64,000 bases of DNA from an uncultured Candidatus Binatia bacterium (GTDB lineage Bacteria > Desulfobacterota > Binatia > UBA9968 > JAJDTQ01). The first letter of the stretch is position 1. Each line of letters opens with the position of its first letter. The notes below the pieces were generated by a model. That model was not told the origin of the DNA. It did not search any database and worked only from the letters and a program-made list of their open reading frames with translations. Positions 15,697 to 25,600 of the stretch are shown one piece after another. The stretch is taken from the NCBI GenBank assembly GCA_965242525.1, contig OZ251459.1, positions 1,609,214 through 1,673,213 of the forward strand. The letters run 5' to 3'. A program made the position numbers and the translations under genes.

Positions 15697-15872
15697 GTGC
15701 GACCTCCCTCTTCGAGGCCGTTGCGGAGTCCCTCGACGCCCATGGAACCCCTCCCGGTTGCGGCGATGCCAACGACCTGACGGGAAGATAGCGGACCTCT
15801 ACCCCAATGTCAAAACAGTGACGCCCAAAAAGTGGATTATCCGGGTTTTCCGTGGGAAGCGGCCGTGCGCTT

Positions 15873-16631
15873 TCAGGAGCGGAGGCGCGCCCGGCTTCCG
15901 CGCGCGCCGTACTTGGCCACGAGGGGGAACAGGTCGTAAACGATCCTGGCCTGGGGGCAGTGGCGCCGCACCTCCGGTTCGTAGGCGCTGTTCATGTCCA
16001 TGGCCACCGCCTCGATGGCCTTGCAGCCGTCGGCGCCCAGGCTCTCGAAGAACGGCCGCACGTCTTCGCGGCTGCGCCCCTTGCCCACCCACAACACGCG
16101 CCGGGTCACCGCATCGGTAATCACCGTGGCCAGCTTCTGCACGGTTTGCAGCGCGAACTCGTCCATCACCAGCCGGGTCACCCCGCGCAAGTCCATGGGC
16201 CCCACCGCGCGCTGCAGGTACCCCCTGTCCAAGTCCCTCACCGCGTCCCACCCCAGCCGGTAGTGCTGCGCCACCTGCTTGATGGTCATCACCGTGCACA
16301 AATGCGCCACGTTGTCGGCCAGCCGTTGCGTCACCCGCGCATAGCGGGCCAGCCAGCTCAACCGTTCCAGCTTGGGACCGCACCGCGGACACGCCAGCCG
16401 CCGACGCCGCAGCACCAGGGTCGTGGGCGCGTCGAAGATGGGCAGGTCGCGCACCCGACGCCGCTCGTACCCGTGGACGGCCGCCACTTCCCGGCCGCAG
16501 CCGACGCAGACCCCGGGCCGTCCCGCCACCGGGTCGAGGTCGATCTCGACCATGCCGCGGTTGCGCCTGGCCGCCACCGCTTCGTAGCCTTCCCAGTCTC
16601 CGAGAACTTCGTCGATTCCGATCTTCGCCAA
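15873..16631 (-). mobile_element. ISL3-family transposase gene, 3'-truncated (pseudogene/remnant)
   Basis: A zf-ISL3 region (CVGCG...RDLPIF...RRRRLACPRCG) is followed by a DDE_Tnp_ISL3 start (LVMDEFAL...AVAMDMNSAYEPEVRRHCPQARIVYDLF). The coding region stops after about 250 aa against an expected ~420, and no TIRs were identified. Confidence 0.75.
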
Positions 16632-16718
16632 GCCGTCTCCTCCCGTGGTCCGTGGCCGCCGTCCGACCCTTCCCGGTCTGGCCGCCCCTTGCCAGTCTAG
16701 CGGCCCTTCCGCGGCCCA

Positions 16719-19700
16719 TCAACCCGCGGACGGCAGCGGGAGCGAGCCGCCTTCCGCGGGGGGCGGCGCCGCGTCCCCGGCGGGAGGGGCCGCGGCCACT
16801 TTCTCCGTCAGTCCGAGGTCGTCGAGGATGGCGTACAGCGCCGGCACCAGGAACAGGATCTGGAAGGTGGACGCGGCGAGGCCGAAGGCGAGGCTCGCCA
16901 CCAGGGGCACGAGGACCTGGGCCTGGAGGCTCGTCTCCATGAGCAGGGGCAGCACCCCCGCCACCGTGGTGAGCGAAGTGAGCAGGATCGCGCGAAAGCG
17001 CTGCCGGGCCGCCCGGCGCGCGCCCTGGGCCGCGGACTCCCCGCGGCGCCGGTGGAGCTTGATGAACGCCACCAGCACGATGGCGTTGTTGACCACCACC
17101 CCGGCCAGGGAGACGAACCCCACGACGCTGGGCATGGAAAGCTCCAGGCCCATGGCAAGGTGGCCCGCCACCACCCCCACCAGGCCCACGGGGATGGAAG
17201 CCATCACCACCAGGGGCTCCACGTAGCTGCGGAACTGGAAGCTCAGCAACAGGTAGATGGCGGCGAGACCCACCAGGAAGTTCCGCGCCAGCGAGGCCCC
17301 GAGGGTGGACCCCTCCCTGGCCGAGCCGCCGAACTCCACGGTGACCTCCGGGTACCGGGCCGCCAACTCGGGCAGCAGCCGGGCTTGGGTGTCGGCGACC
17401 ACCTCGCTGGCGTTGGCCACCTGCGGGTCCAGGTTGCCCTCCACCCGCACCGCCCGGCGCCCGTCGATGCGGCGGATGCGCGCATAGCCGCGGCCCGGCT
17501 CCAGGACCGCCACCGCGTGGAGGGGCGCCTGCCCGCCGTCCGGGAGGGTGATCGTGAACTGGGTCAGGTCGGCCAGGCTGTCCCGGTCCGGTCCGGTGAG
17601 GCGGACGTTGACCTCGTAGTCTTCCGGACCCACCTGCATGGTTCCCGCGTTGCGGCCGTGGAAGGCCGCCCGCAGTTGCCGCGCCACCGTGGCCGCGTCG
17701 AGCCCCAGGGCCAGCGCGCCCTCGCGCAGGCGCAGACGCATCTCCGGCTTGCCCGGACGCAGGTCGTCGGTCAGGTCGAACACGCCGCGGTAGTTGCCGA
17801 GCCACTGGCGGATCTCGGTGGACGCGGCCTTGAGCTTTTCCAGCTCGCCGCCCGCCAAGCGGACGCTGATGGCCTTTCCGCCGGGGCCCACCTGGTCCTG
17901 GGTGAAGTTCAGCGAGACCACGTCCGGGAGGTCCCCCACCTCCGTCCGCCACCGGCCCACTACGTCGTCCAGCAACACGCGGCGGGCCTCGGAGTCGATC
18001 AGGTCCACGACCACGGTGGCCACATGGGCGCCGGACTCGCCGGCGTCCGGGTTCCGGTTGAACTGGACCACGACGTTCCGCACCAGCCTCCGGCCGTCGG
18101 CCCGGCCCGCGGACAACTCATCATCTACTTTCCGGACCGCCTCCACCACATGCCCGACCACCGCCTCGGTGCGCGCCAGGGGCGTCCCCGGGGGCAACAG
18201 CAACCGGGCCTCCATCGTGTTGCCCTCGAGGGTGGGGAAGACCCGGAACTTGAGCATGCCCGCGGCCAGCGTGGACGCGGCCACGAAGAACAGGGCCGCG
18301 ATGACCGCGCACGCGAGGTAGCGCGACTGGACCGCGGCATCCACGCACCGCCCCACGCATGCTTCGGTGAAACGCCCCAGGCCCGCGTCGAACCGCGCCC
18401 GGAGTCCCCGGGCCGCCGAACCCTCGCGGGCGCGCAGGGTCCCCATCAGGTGGTGGGGAAGGATCAGGAACGCCTCCACCAGGCTCAACGACAAGGTGAG
18501 GATCAGGATCACCGGCAGCACCGCCAGTATGGTCCCGAGGTTCCCCCGGAGGAACGCGAGCGCTCCGAACACCGCGAGGGTGGTGAGGTACGAGGCGAGC
18601 ACCCCCGGGGCCACCTCCCGGGCGCCTTCCACCGCGGCCTCCAGGGGAGGGCGTCCCGCGGCGTGGTGGCGCGCGATGTTCTCCGAGATCACGATGGCGT
18701 CGTCCATCATCAGGCCCACCGCGATCATCAGGCCCACCATGGTGACCATGTCGAAGGAGTAGCCGGTCATGGCCATGGCCGCGATGGTCCCCATGAAGGC
18801 CACCGGCAGCCCCGCGGCCACCCAGAACGAGTAGCGCAGGCCGAAGAACAGCCACATGACCAGGAGCACGAGGCCCAGCCCCTGGACTCCGTTGCGCAGC
18901 AGCATGGTCAGGCGGTCCCGCACCACCGAGGCCACGTCGCGGGTGACGTCCAGGACCACGCCCGGGGGCGCCCGCTGGCGCTCCTCCTCGACCCATGCGG
19001 TGATGGCGTCGAAGACCTCCAGCAGGTCGTCGCCCTTCCCCTTCTCCACCCCCAGGAAGGCGGTGCGCTGGCCGTTGAAGAAGTCCTTGGCCTCGTCCTT
19101 CTCGAAGCGGTCGGTGACGACCGCGATGTCGCCGAGCCGGACCGCGGCGCCGCTCTCCGACGCCACCACCACCAGGTCTTCGAACTCCCGGGAGTCCCGG
19201 CGTTCGTCGTCGAACCGGACCAGCACCGTGGCGTCCCGGGTCTCCACCGCGCCCGCGGGCAGTTTCAGGCTCTGGGACGCCACCGCGTTGGCCAGGTCCC
19301 GGACGCCGAGCCCGAACTGGCGCAGGGTGGACGCCGGCGCCTCGATGCGGATCTGGCGTTGGGAAAAGCCCTCCACGCTCACCCGGGCGACTCCGGGAAC
19401 GCCCAGCAGGCCGCGTTTCATGCGCTCCGCATAGGCCTTCAGGCTCCGGGGATCCATGGGGCCCGCCACCGCGATGGCCGCCACCAAGTCCGAAGGCTGG
19501 CGCAGGCGCACCAGCGGGGTCTCCACGTCGTCGGGAAAGTCGTCGATGGCGGCCACCTGGGTCTTCACGTCGTCGAGGAAGCGGTCGAGGTCGCCGCCGT
19601 CGCGCATCTTCAGGACCGCGGAAGCCAGGCTCTCACGGGCCTCGCAGTCGGTTTCGTCCAGGTCGTCGATGCTGCTGACCGCTTCCTCCACACGCTGGCA

Positions 19701-19883
19701 CAGGGCCTCTTCCACCTCCTGGGCCGCTGCGCCCGGGAAGGGGATGCTGACTTGCACCGAGTTCGGGGGGATCTCCGGAAACGTCTGGCGCTTCACCGCA
19801 GGCGCGAACACGAACCCCACCGCCAGAAAGGCGAGCATCAGCAGGTTGGCGGCCGTGGGATGGCCGGCGAAGAAACGGATCAT
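16719..19883 (-). CDS. RND efflux transporter permease (AcrB/CzcA family)
   Basis: The protein is about 1054 aa from MIRFFAGHPTAANLLMLAFLAVGF, with 12-TM topology, two large periplasmic loops, and the conserved MDDAIVISENIARH region. Confidence 0.9.
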   Translation of the reverse strand: MIRFFAGHPTAANLLMLAFLAVGFVFAPAVKRQTFPEIPPNSVQVSIPFPGAAAQEVEEALCQRVEEAVSSIDDLDETDCEARESLASAVLKMRDGGDLDRFLDDVKTQVAAIDDFPDDVETPLVRLRQPSDLVAAIAVAGPMDPRSLKAYAERMKRGLLGVPGVARVSVEGFSQRQIRIEAPASTLRQFGLGVRDLANAVASQSLKLPAGAVETRDATVLVRFDDERRDSREFEDLVVVASESGAAVRLGDIAVVTDRFEKDEAKDFFNGQRTAFLGVEKGKGDDLLEVFDAITAWVEEERQRAPPGVVLDVTRDVASVVRDRLTMLLRNGVQGLGLVLLVMWLFFGLRYSFWVAAGLPVAFMGTIAAMAMTGYSFDMVTMVGLMIAVGLMMDDAIVISENIARHHAAGRPPLEAAVEGAREVAPGVLASYLTTLAVFGALAFLRGNLGTILAVLPVILILTLSLSLVEAFLILPHHLMGTLRAREGSAARGLRARFDAGLGRFTEACVGRCVDAAVQSRYLACAVIAALFFVAASTLAAGMLKFRVFPTLEGNTMEARLLLPPGTPLARTEAVVGHVVEAVRKVDDELSAGRADGRRLVRNVVVQFNRNPDAGESGAHVATVVVDLIDSEARRVLLDDVVGRWRTEVGDLPDVVSLNFTQDQVGPGGKAISVRLAGGELEKLKAASTEIRQWLGNYRGVFDLTDDLRPGKPEMRLRLREGALALGLDAATVARQLRAAFHGRNAGTMQVGPEDYEVNVRLTGPDRDSLADLTQFTITLPDGGQAPLHAVAVLEPGRGYARIRRIDGRRAVRVEGNLDPQVANASEVVADTQARLLPELAARYPEVTVEFGGSAREGSTLGASLARNFLVGLAAIYLLLSFQFRSYVEPLVVMASIPVGLVGVVAGHLAMGLELSMPSVVGFVSLAGVVVNNAIVLVAFIKLHRRRGESAAQGARRAARQRFRAILLTSLTTVAGVLPLLMETSLQAQVLVPLVASLAFGLAASTFQILFLVPALYAILDDLGLTEKVAAAPPAGDAAPPPAEGGSLPLPSAG

Positions 19884-19890
19884 CGGAGGT

Positions 19891-21252
19891 TCACCGGACC
19901 GGGGTCGCCCCCACCGCCTCGGCCACGAGGCTCTCCGCGGCGTCCCGGTCCACCACCGGACGCACCCGCATGCCCTCCACCGCGAACGGCAGGTCCGAGA
20001 CCACCACGCGTTCCCCGGGCGCAACCCCCGACCGGACCACCACGAAATTGCTCTGGGCGAACTGCGTCTCCACCTCGCGCCCGTTCAGGCGGTCGTCGGG
20101 GCCGGCCACGTAAACCCGTTTGCCGTCCAGGGCGGCGCGCGGGACCACCACCGCCCTGGGCCGGGGCGGCCCCCGCAGCTCCACTTCCACGTACATGTTC
20201 TTGACCAGGGGCGGTCTCCCGCCCGACTCCGCCTGCCGGTAGGGATGGTCCACCGCCACGATGACCCCGACCGTGCGGGTGCGCGGGTCCACCGTGTCGC
20301 TCATCCGAAGGAAGCGGGCGGGCCACTCCACCGCCACGTCTCCGGTGCGCAGACGCACCACCGCCTCGACGTCCGTGACGCCGCGCAGCCGCGGCATGGC
20401 CGCGCCCGGTCCCGCGGGAGTCCCGACCTCCGGGGGCAGCAGCGTCAGCATCTTGTCCATGGGCGCCTGGGCGATGACTTCGGCCGCGTCGAGGCCGTCC
20501 GCCTCCACCAGGACCTGGCCCCTGGCGGCGAACTGGGAGAGCTCCACGTGGACCGCGGCGATCCGGCAGGTGAAGGGAGCGACGATGCTGGTGCGGGCCA
20601 AGTCCCGCCGCGCCGTCTCCAACTGGGCCTTGAGCCGGTCCCGCGCGGCTTCCTGCACCGAGCGCTCCGCGGGGAGCAGCCTCATGGCGTTGCGCAGGTT
20701 CTGCAGCGCCTGCTCACCGGCGAGCACCGAACGCTCTTCCTGCTCCACCTCCGACTGGGAGATGGCGCCCCGGCGCAGCAGCTCCCGCTTGCGCTCCAGT
20801 TGCTTGCGGCCCAGGTCCAGGCGCCGCTCTTCGATGGCCAGGGACCCTTCCGTGTTGCGCGCCCTCACGTCCAGCACCCGGACCTGGGCCTCCACCGAGC
20901 GGATGTTGGCCTCGATCTGGGCCACCGACAGGCGGTAGTCGGCCGGGTCGATGCGCAACAGCTCCGTCCCTTTCCGGAGGATGGCGCCTTTCCGGAGCTC
21001 CGGGTGCCGATACACGACGGCGCCGCCCACCTGCCCCACCGCCTCCCAGACCCTGCCGGGCTTGACGTTGCCGTAGCCCAGGACCCGGGGCACCACGTCC
21101 ACCGCGGGCGCCTCCACCACGCGCACCGGAGTGACCCGTTCTTCCAGCGGGACGCGCTTGGGGGCCTCCCGCGGCTTCATCAGGATCAGGGCCGCCAACC
21201 CGCCCAGGGTGACGAGCAGCAGGACGAGGATCTTCCTTGCGTGTCGGAGCAT
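19891..21252 (-). CDS. RND efflux periplasmic adaptor (membrane fusion protein)
   Basis: N-terminal TM anchor (KILVLLLVTLGGLAALILM), a coiled-coil (LERKRELLRRGAISQSEVEQEER), and a beta-barrel domain; located directly upstream of the RND pump. Confidence 0.85.
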   Translation of the reverse strand: MLRHARKILVLLLVTLGGLAALILMKPREAPKRVPLEERVTPVRVVEAPAVDVVPRVLGYGNVKPGRVWEAVGQVGGAVVYRHPELRKGAILRKGTELLRIDPADYRLSVAQIEANIRSVEAQVRVLDVRARNTEGSLAIEERRLDLGRKQLERKRELLRRGAISQSEVEQEERSVLAGEQALQNLRNAMRLLPAERSVQEAARDRLKAQLETARRDLARTSIVAPFTCRIAAVHVELSQFAARGQVLVEADGLDAAEVIAQAPMDKMLTLLPPEVGTPAGPGAAMPRLRGVTDVEAVVRLRTGDVAVEWPARFLRMSDTVDPRTRTVGVIVAVDHPYRQAESGGRPPLVKNMYVEVELRGPPRPRAVVVPRAALDGKRVYVAGPDDRLNGREVETQFAQSNFVVVRSGVAPGERVVVSDLPFAVEGMRVRPVVDRDAAESLVAEAVGATPVR

Positions 21253-21437
21253 GGTTCCGTGAAGGAACGGATACTATGCGAAAGAGGGTGTGGCAAGGAA
21301 TACCCACCTTTCCAGACGCCCGATCCGACGGGAGGGCCTGCACTCCGCCGCGGAGAGGGGGCGGCGCAAGCCGTTGCCATGAGCCGCGTTTGGCGGTACA
21401 GATGTTCCTTGATGACCCCTCCCGGAAAGGACGAGCC

Positions 21438-21653
21438 ATGCCGGACACTGTGCTGATCTTCGGCCACGACCTCTGACCCTATACTTCGAGTGCCCGGAGG
21501 GACTACTCGGACCGAAACGTCCCCGTCGAGTACGTCAACGTGCTGGACGACGAGGACGGCCTGCAGCGCATGCTGGAGCTGAACCCCGGCAGCCGCGAGA
21601 TCCCGGTGGTGGTCGAGGGAGGCAGGGTCACCGTGGGCTTCGGCGGGAGTTGA
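21438..21653 (+). CDS. Glutaredoxin/NrdH-like small redox protein with in-frame TGA at the active-site Cys position (candidate selenoprotein; otherwise pseudogene)
   Basis: Sequence MPDTVLIFGHDL[TGA]PYTSSARRDYSDRNVPVEYVNVLDDEDGLQRMLELNPGSREIPVVVEGGRVTVGFGGS. The TGA replaces the first Cys of a CPYC motif, the frame continues for 58 more codons with Grx-like features, and a possible hairpin CGAGTGCCCGGAGGGACTACTCG lies 9 nt downstream. Confidence 0.45.
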
Positions 21654-21736
21654 ACGGTGTAGCGGCCGAGGTCCTCGGCCCGACCCCCCCTTCCCCGTCG
21701 AACGTCCCCGTCGGACGAACCATTGCGGAGGACGCC

Positions 21737-22699
21737 ATGATCAAGCACGTGGTCCTCGTGAAGCTCAAGGCAGACGCGTCCCGGGAGCAGATCGACCGGA
21801 TGCTGGAAGGCTACGACTCCATGAAGGACGCCATACCGGACCTGCTGGGCTGGTCCATGGGACCCAACCGGCGGCGGGACGGGGAGTTCGACTACGCCAT
21901 GGTGGCGGTGGTGGAGGACGAGGAGAGCCTCCGGCGCTACGTGGAACACCCTCTCCACCGGCAGGTGGCCCGGGATCTCGGGCGGCCCATATTCGAGAAG
22001 CGGGAGATCGCCGACTACGAGTTCGACCCCGAAGCCGAGCTGTGGGAGCCCCAGGTGCAGGAGGTGTGGACCGAGCTCGCGGACATGGTGCGGCCCGAGC
22101 ACACCGCGCTGGTGGTGGTGGACGTGCAGAACGACTTCTGCGCCCCCGGGGGCGCGCGCATGAAGGGCGACCTGAGCTTCGTGGAGGCCATGCGCGAACC
22201 CCTGCGGCAGATGGTGGAAGCGGCCCGGGCCGCGGGGACGCCGGTGGTCTATACCCAGACCTCCAACGACGAGGAGCACGACAACGGACCCATCCTCGCC
22301 CGGCGCGCCCGGGTGGGGCTGGCCAACGCCAAGTACACGGTGCCGGGCACACCGGGTTGGGACGTCTGCGATTTCGTAGCCCCGGCACCGGGGGACGTCA
22401 CCATCAAGAAGTGGCACCACAGCGGCTTCACCAACCCCAAGATGGACGCCGCCCTGGGACGCCTGGGGGTCAAGACCCTGCTGTTCACCGGCGCCGCCAC
22501 CAACGGGTGCGTCGAGGCCACGGTCCGGGACGCTTTCGCACGGGGCTACTACAACGTGGTGCTGGAGGACTGCGTGGCGGCTTACGACGCGGACTTGCAG
22601 CGCTACTCGCTCAAGAACATGGCCACCCACTTCGCCCTGGTCAGCACAAGCCGCGAGGTCCAGCGCGCGTGGGCGGAACGGGGAACGCTGGCGGGATAG
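21737..22699 (+). CDS. Dabb (stress-responsive alpha/beta barrel) domain fused to isochorismatase-family cysteine hydrolase
   Basis: N-terminus MIKHVVLVKLKADASREQIDRMLEGY (Dabb), followed by TALVVVDVQNDFCAPGG with a catalytic Cys in FTGAATNGCVEAT. Confidence 0.75.
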   Translation: MIKHVVLVKLKADASREQIDRMLEGYDSMKDAIPDLLGWSMGPNRRRDGEFDYAMVAVVEDEESLRRYVEHPLHRQVARDLGRPIFEKREIADYEFDPEAELWEPQVQEVWTELADMVRPEHTALVVVDVQNDFCAPGGARMKGDLSFVEAMREPLRQMVEAARAAGTPVVYTQTSNDEEHDNGPILARRARVGLANAKYTVPGTPGWDVCDFVAPAPGDVTIKKWHHSGFTNPKMDAALGRLGVKTLLFTGAATNGCVEATVRDAFARGYYNVVLEDCVAAYDADLQRYSLKNMATHFALVSTSREVQRAWAERGTLAG

Positions 22700-22761
22700 C
22701 GCGGACGGGTCCGGGACCGCCCGCGCAGGGAACCGGAAGGCCGGAACACACGGAGGACGCC

Positions 22762-23592
22762 ATGGCCACAGCCGCAGCCGAGAACCTCGAAGACGTCGTC
22801 GAAGCGAGTTTCCACTACCTGGTCCACACCGGGCCGAAACCCGTGACCGACTCCAGCCGGCCCGGCTTCCTGCAGCCCCGGCACACGGGCGAGTACGAGA
22901 CCCGGCGGGCGCCGGTGCGGAACGCCCGGCAGGTCCCGGACATCGCCATGGAGCGCCAGGGCTTCGTGCTGAGGCCCCAACCCACGAAGATGACCGACTT
23001 CTACGACGAGGACGAGTTGCGGTCCGTGTACTATCCCGAGGTGGAGGCCCTGGTCCGGGAGACCACCGGGGCCTCGCGGGTGCTGATCTTCGACCACACC
23101 CTGCGTTCCGGGCGCCAGGAGACTCAAGAGGAAAAGGGCATCCGGGGTCCGGTTCGGCGGGTCCACAACGACTACACCGAGTGGTCTGGACCGCAACGGG
23201 TGCGGGACCTGTTGCCGGAGGAGGCGGAAGCGCTGCTGCGGCGCCGCTTCGCGGTCATCCAGGTCTGGCGCGGCATGCTCACCCCGGTGGTGCGGTCGCC
23301 CCTGGCCCTGTGCGACGCCCGCAGCGTCGCCCCAAAGGACCTGATCCCCACCGAGCGGCGGCACCCCGACCGGGTGGGCGAGACCTACCACGTCACCTAC
23401 GACCCCGGGCACCGCTGGCACTACTACCCCGAGATGCAGCCTGACGAAGCCCTGGTGTTCAAGTGCTACGACTCGGAGCGGGACGGACGCGCGCGCTTCA
23501 CCCCCCACTCAGCCTTCGACCACCCCGACGCCCCCGCGGACGCGCCGCCCCGGGAAAGCATCGAGACCAGGACCCTGGCCTTCTTCGGGTAA
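22762..23592 (+). CDS. CmcJ/NvfI-like oxidoreductase family protein (tentative)
   Basis: The protein is 276 aa with LIFDHTLRSG, RRVHNDYTEW and SAFDHPDAP segments. Family assignment is from memory and is only moderate. Confidence 0.45.
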   Translation: MATAAAENLEDVVEASFHYLVHTGPKPVTDSSRPGFLQPRHTGEYETRRAPVRNARQVPDIAMERQGFVLRPQPTKMTDFYDEDELRSVYYPEVEALVRETTGASRVLIFDHTLRSGRQETQEEKGIRGPVRRVHNDYTEWSGPQRVRDLLPEEAEALLRRRFAVIQVWRGMLTPVVRSPLALCDARSVAPKDLIPTERRHPDRVGETYHVTYDPGHRWHYYPEMQPDEALVFKCYDSERDGRARFTPHSAFDHPDAPADAPPRESIETRTLAFFG

Positions 23593-23846
23593 CCGGGCAA
23601 CCGGGAGACGGTCCCAGGCCGTGCGGCCGCCCCCGGGCGCGTATGGATTGCGTCGTGGGTCCCCTGCGCCGTGCGGCCGCCGGCGGTGCGGCGCCCCAAG
23701 CCGTCTTCCCTGGGGCTTCCTTTCGTCGCACCAACGTGCAGCCGCTGGCGGTGCAGCCGCCTCAAGCCGCCGGAAACCGGGCCCCGGCTGCAGGACCGCG
23801 GCGAGCCGCGCAGCGGCCGCACCTTCCGCGCTCCCCAGCCCCGGTC

Positions 23847-24260
23847 CTAGCCTTCGTCGAACCCGCGGCGGAAGCGGCGGCGCCAGTAGGCGTCCAGGGC
23901 CTCGTACAGGCCCGGGTCGGCCTTCCTGTTCTTGACGAACCAGTCCGCCAGGATGTCGATGCTGTGATCCATGTCCAGCACCGGATTGGCGGCGAACAGC
24001 ACCATCCCGGACAGGGCCTTGCGGCTGGCATTCTTCTCCAGCGCGTTGCCCAGCGCCGCCAGGAACACCTCCCGCTCGCTGCCCCGGAGCCCATGGTAGA
24101 GGCTCAGCAGCACCGAAGCGGCGCCGTAGCTCTCCACGTCCCTGGCCGTCTCCGGGTCGATCCCCAAGGCGATGCGGACGATGAGCCTCTCGTAGCCCCT
24201 TATGTCGTAGTAGTCGTACAGACCCGCTGACCCTCTACCGCTTCGGACCGCGCTCGACAC
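23847..24260 (-). CDS. Hypothetical protein
   Basis: The 137-aa ORF has balanced composition and GC3 bias, and the opposite-strand alternative is Arg/Pro/Ala-rich. Confidence 0.4.
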   Translation of the reverse strand: MSSAVRSGRGSAGLYDYYDIRGYERLIVRIALGIDPETARDVESYGAASVLLSLYHGLRGSEREVFLAALGNALEKNASRKALSGMVLFAANPVLDMDHSIDILADWFVKNRKADPGLYEALDAYWRRRFRRGFDEG

Positions 24261-24269
24261 GAACTCCCC

Positions 24270-24640
24270 GTGGGAAAGCGCGTCCTTCGACTTCGCTACG
24301 CTACGCTCAGGACGAACGGGGTTCGTTGTTCCGAGGTTCCCTCGAACGGGAACAGGTTGCGAGAGTTTCCTTTGGAACCTCTGAACAATCGAGACATCCG
24401 GGATGGATTCTCGATTCCCTCACCCTGACGCGCCTATCCCGTTCGTCCTGAGCGTAGCGAAGTCGAAGGACGCTCTCTCCCGATTGTTCAGAGGTTCCCT
24501 TTATCTGTAGGAATGTCGAACGATCAAGACAGGGAGGGTGGATTCCCTCGCCCTGACCCTCCTATCCCGTTCGTCCTGAGCGTAGCGAAGCGAAGTCGAA
24601 GGACGCGCTCTTCCTCTGGAATTGTCCAGAGTTTCTGTTA
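24270..24640. repeat. MITE family 1 copies (TIR GGAACCTCTGAACAATCG ... CGATTGTTCAGAGGTTCC)
   Basis: Read directly; the copies include the GCGTCCTTCGACTTCGCTACGCTCAGGACGAACGG core. Confidence 0.85.
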
Positions 24641-24655
24641 GATAGTAGCATTGAT

Positions 24656-24994
24656 ATGGTGGTTCCACGCATGGAGTACGAGGCGCTGCGCGAGGCCACT
24701 GATGAGGATGTCGGTGACGCCGACCTGGTCCGCCGCATGCTCGACGACCCCGAGGAGGAACTGGCGCCCTTGGAGTTGAGCGAGCGGATCGCCCAGGGCG
24801 AGCACCCGGTTCGGGTCTGGCGTGAGCACCGGGGAATGAAGGCCGGCATCCTCGCCAGACGAGCCGGAGTCGCAGCCTCCTACCTGTCCGACATCGAGCA
24901 CGGGAAGAAACCGGGCTCGGCCAAGACCCTCGCCGCCATCGCCCGAGCGCTGGACGTTGACCTGGACGAAATCGTCCGATCCGACGTCTCCTGA
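24656..24994 (+). CDS. XRE-family helix-turn-helix transcriptional regulator (HigA-like antitoxin fold)
   Basis: Segment VRVWREHRGMKAGILARRAGVAASYLSDIEHGKKPGSAKTLAAIARALDVDLDEI. Confidence 0.75.
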   Translation: MVVPRMEYEALREATDEDVGDADLVRRMLDDPEEELAPLELSERIAQGEHPVRVWREHRGMKAGILARRAGVAASYLSDIEHGKKPGSAKTLAAIARALDVDLDEIVRSDVS

Positions 24995-25600
24995 CTTCCC
25001 GCCTTTCCCGCGCTTTCGCCCGAACGGACAGACGGCCGACACGGTTGAGGCGGTCCATGTAGAGGCCCCATCCTCACAGCCTCGCCGTCATTCCCCACAG
25101 ACGCCCACCCCTCGTCATTTCGGCAAGCGCTTACCCCGTCATTCCCGCGAAAGCGGGAATCCATCCGGTTTCGTCGCTCTCGTTGTACAAACCTCTCCAG
25201 GTCGGATTACCCTTCTCGATCCACTCGATCTTCCTTGCCCGCTTCCATTTCCTGACCGCCTTTCTCTCCGGGTAGCGCTTTCCATGGGTTCAGGAACCTC
25301 GTATCCAACCAACAGGTGCACAGATGGATGGATTCCCGCTTTCGCGGGAATGACGGCATGGGTTTTCACAGGAGGAACCTCTGAACAATCGAGACATCCG
25401 GGATGGATTCCTTCACCCTGACCCCTATATCCGTTCGTCCTGAGCGTAGCGAAGCGGAGTCGAAGGACGCGCTCATGCCCTCTATCCCGATTGTTCAGAG
25501 GCTCCTCCCGTCATTCCCGCGAAAGCATGTCCTCGCGGAAGCGGGGACGGGAATCCATCTGCCTTCGATCTTTGCCACGGGATCGGTTCCCGTCGCTTAC
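24995..25600. repeat. MITE cluster: a family 2 element (~25133-25358), a family 1 element (~25373-25510) and a TIR fragment
   Basis: The family-2 copy here is about 95% identical to the copy at about 29226-29460. Confidence 0.85.

Noticed and set aside
13994-15772. Full 592-aa version of the oxygenase ORF
   Set aside because: The N-terminal 138 residues are Arg/Gly/Pro-rich and overlap the coupled small ORF. The ATGA-coupled internal start at 15358 gives a typical cupin_4-sized protein.
21503-22630. 375-aa minus ORF antisense to the Dabb-isochorismatase gene
   Set aside because: The plus-strand gene has clear isochorismatase catalytic motifs, and the antisense ORF is His/Gly/Pro/Val-rich with no motifs.
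24501-25058. Minus-strand ORFs across 24.5-25.4 kb and similar small ORFs inside MITE nests (for example 3564-4100, 11065-11514, 28988-29748, 42216-42464, 45774-46286)
   Set aside because: They are entirely composed of translated MITE sequence (recurring [22 protein letters not shown] and ESGNPS peptides) with no flanking gene structure.
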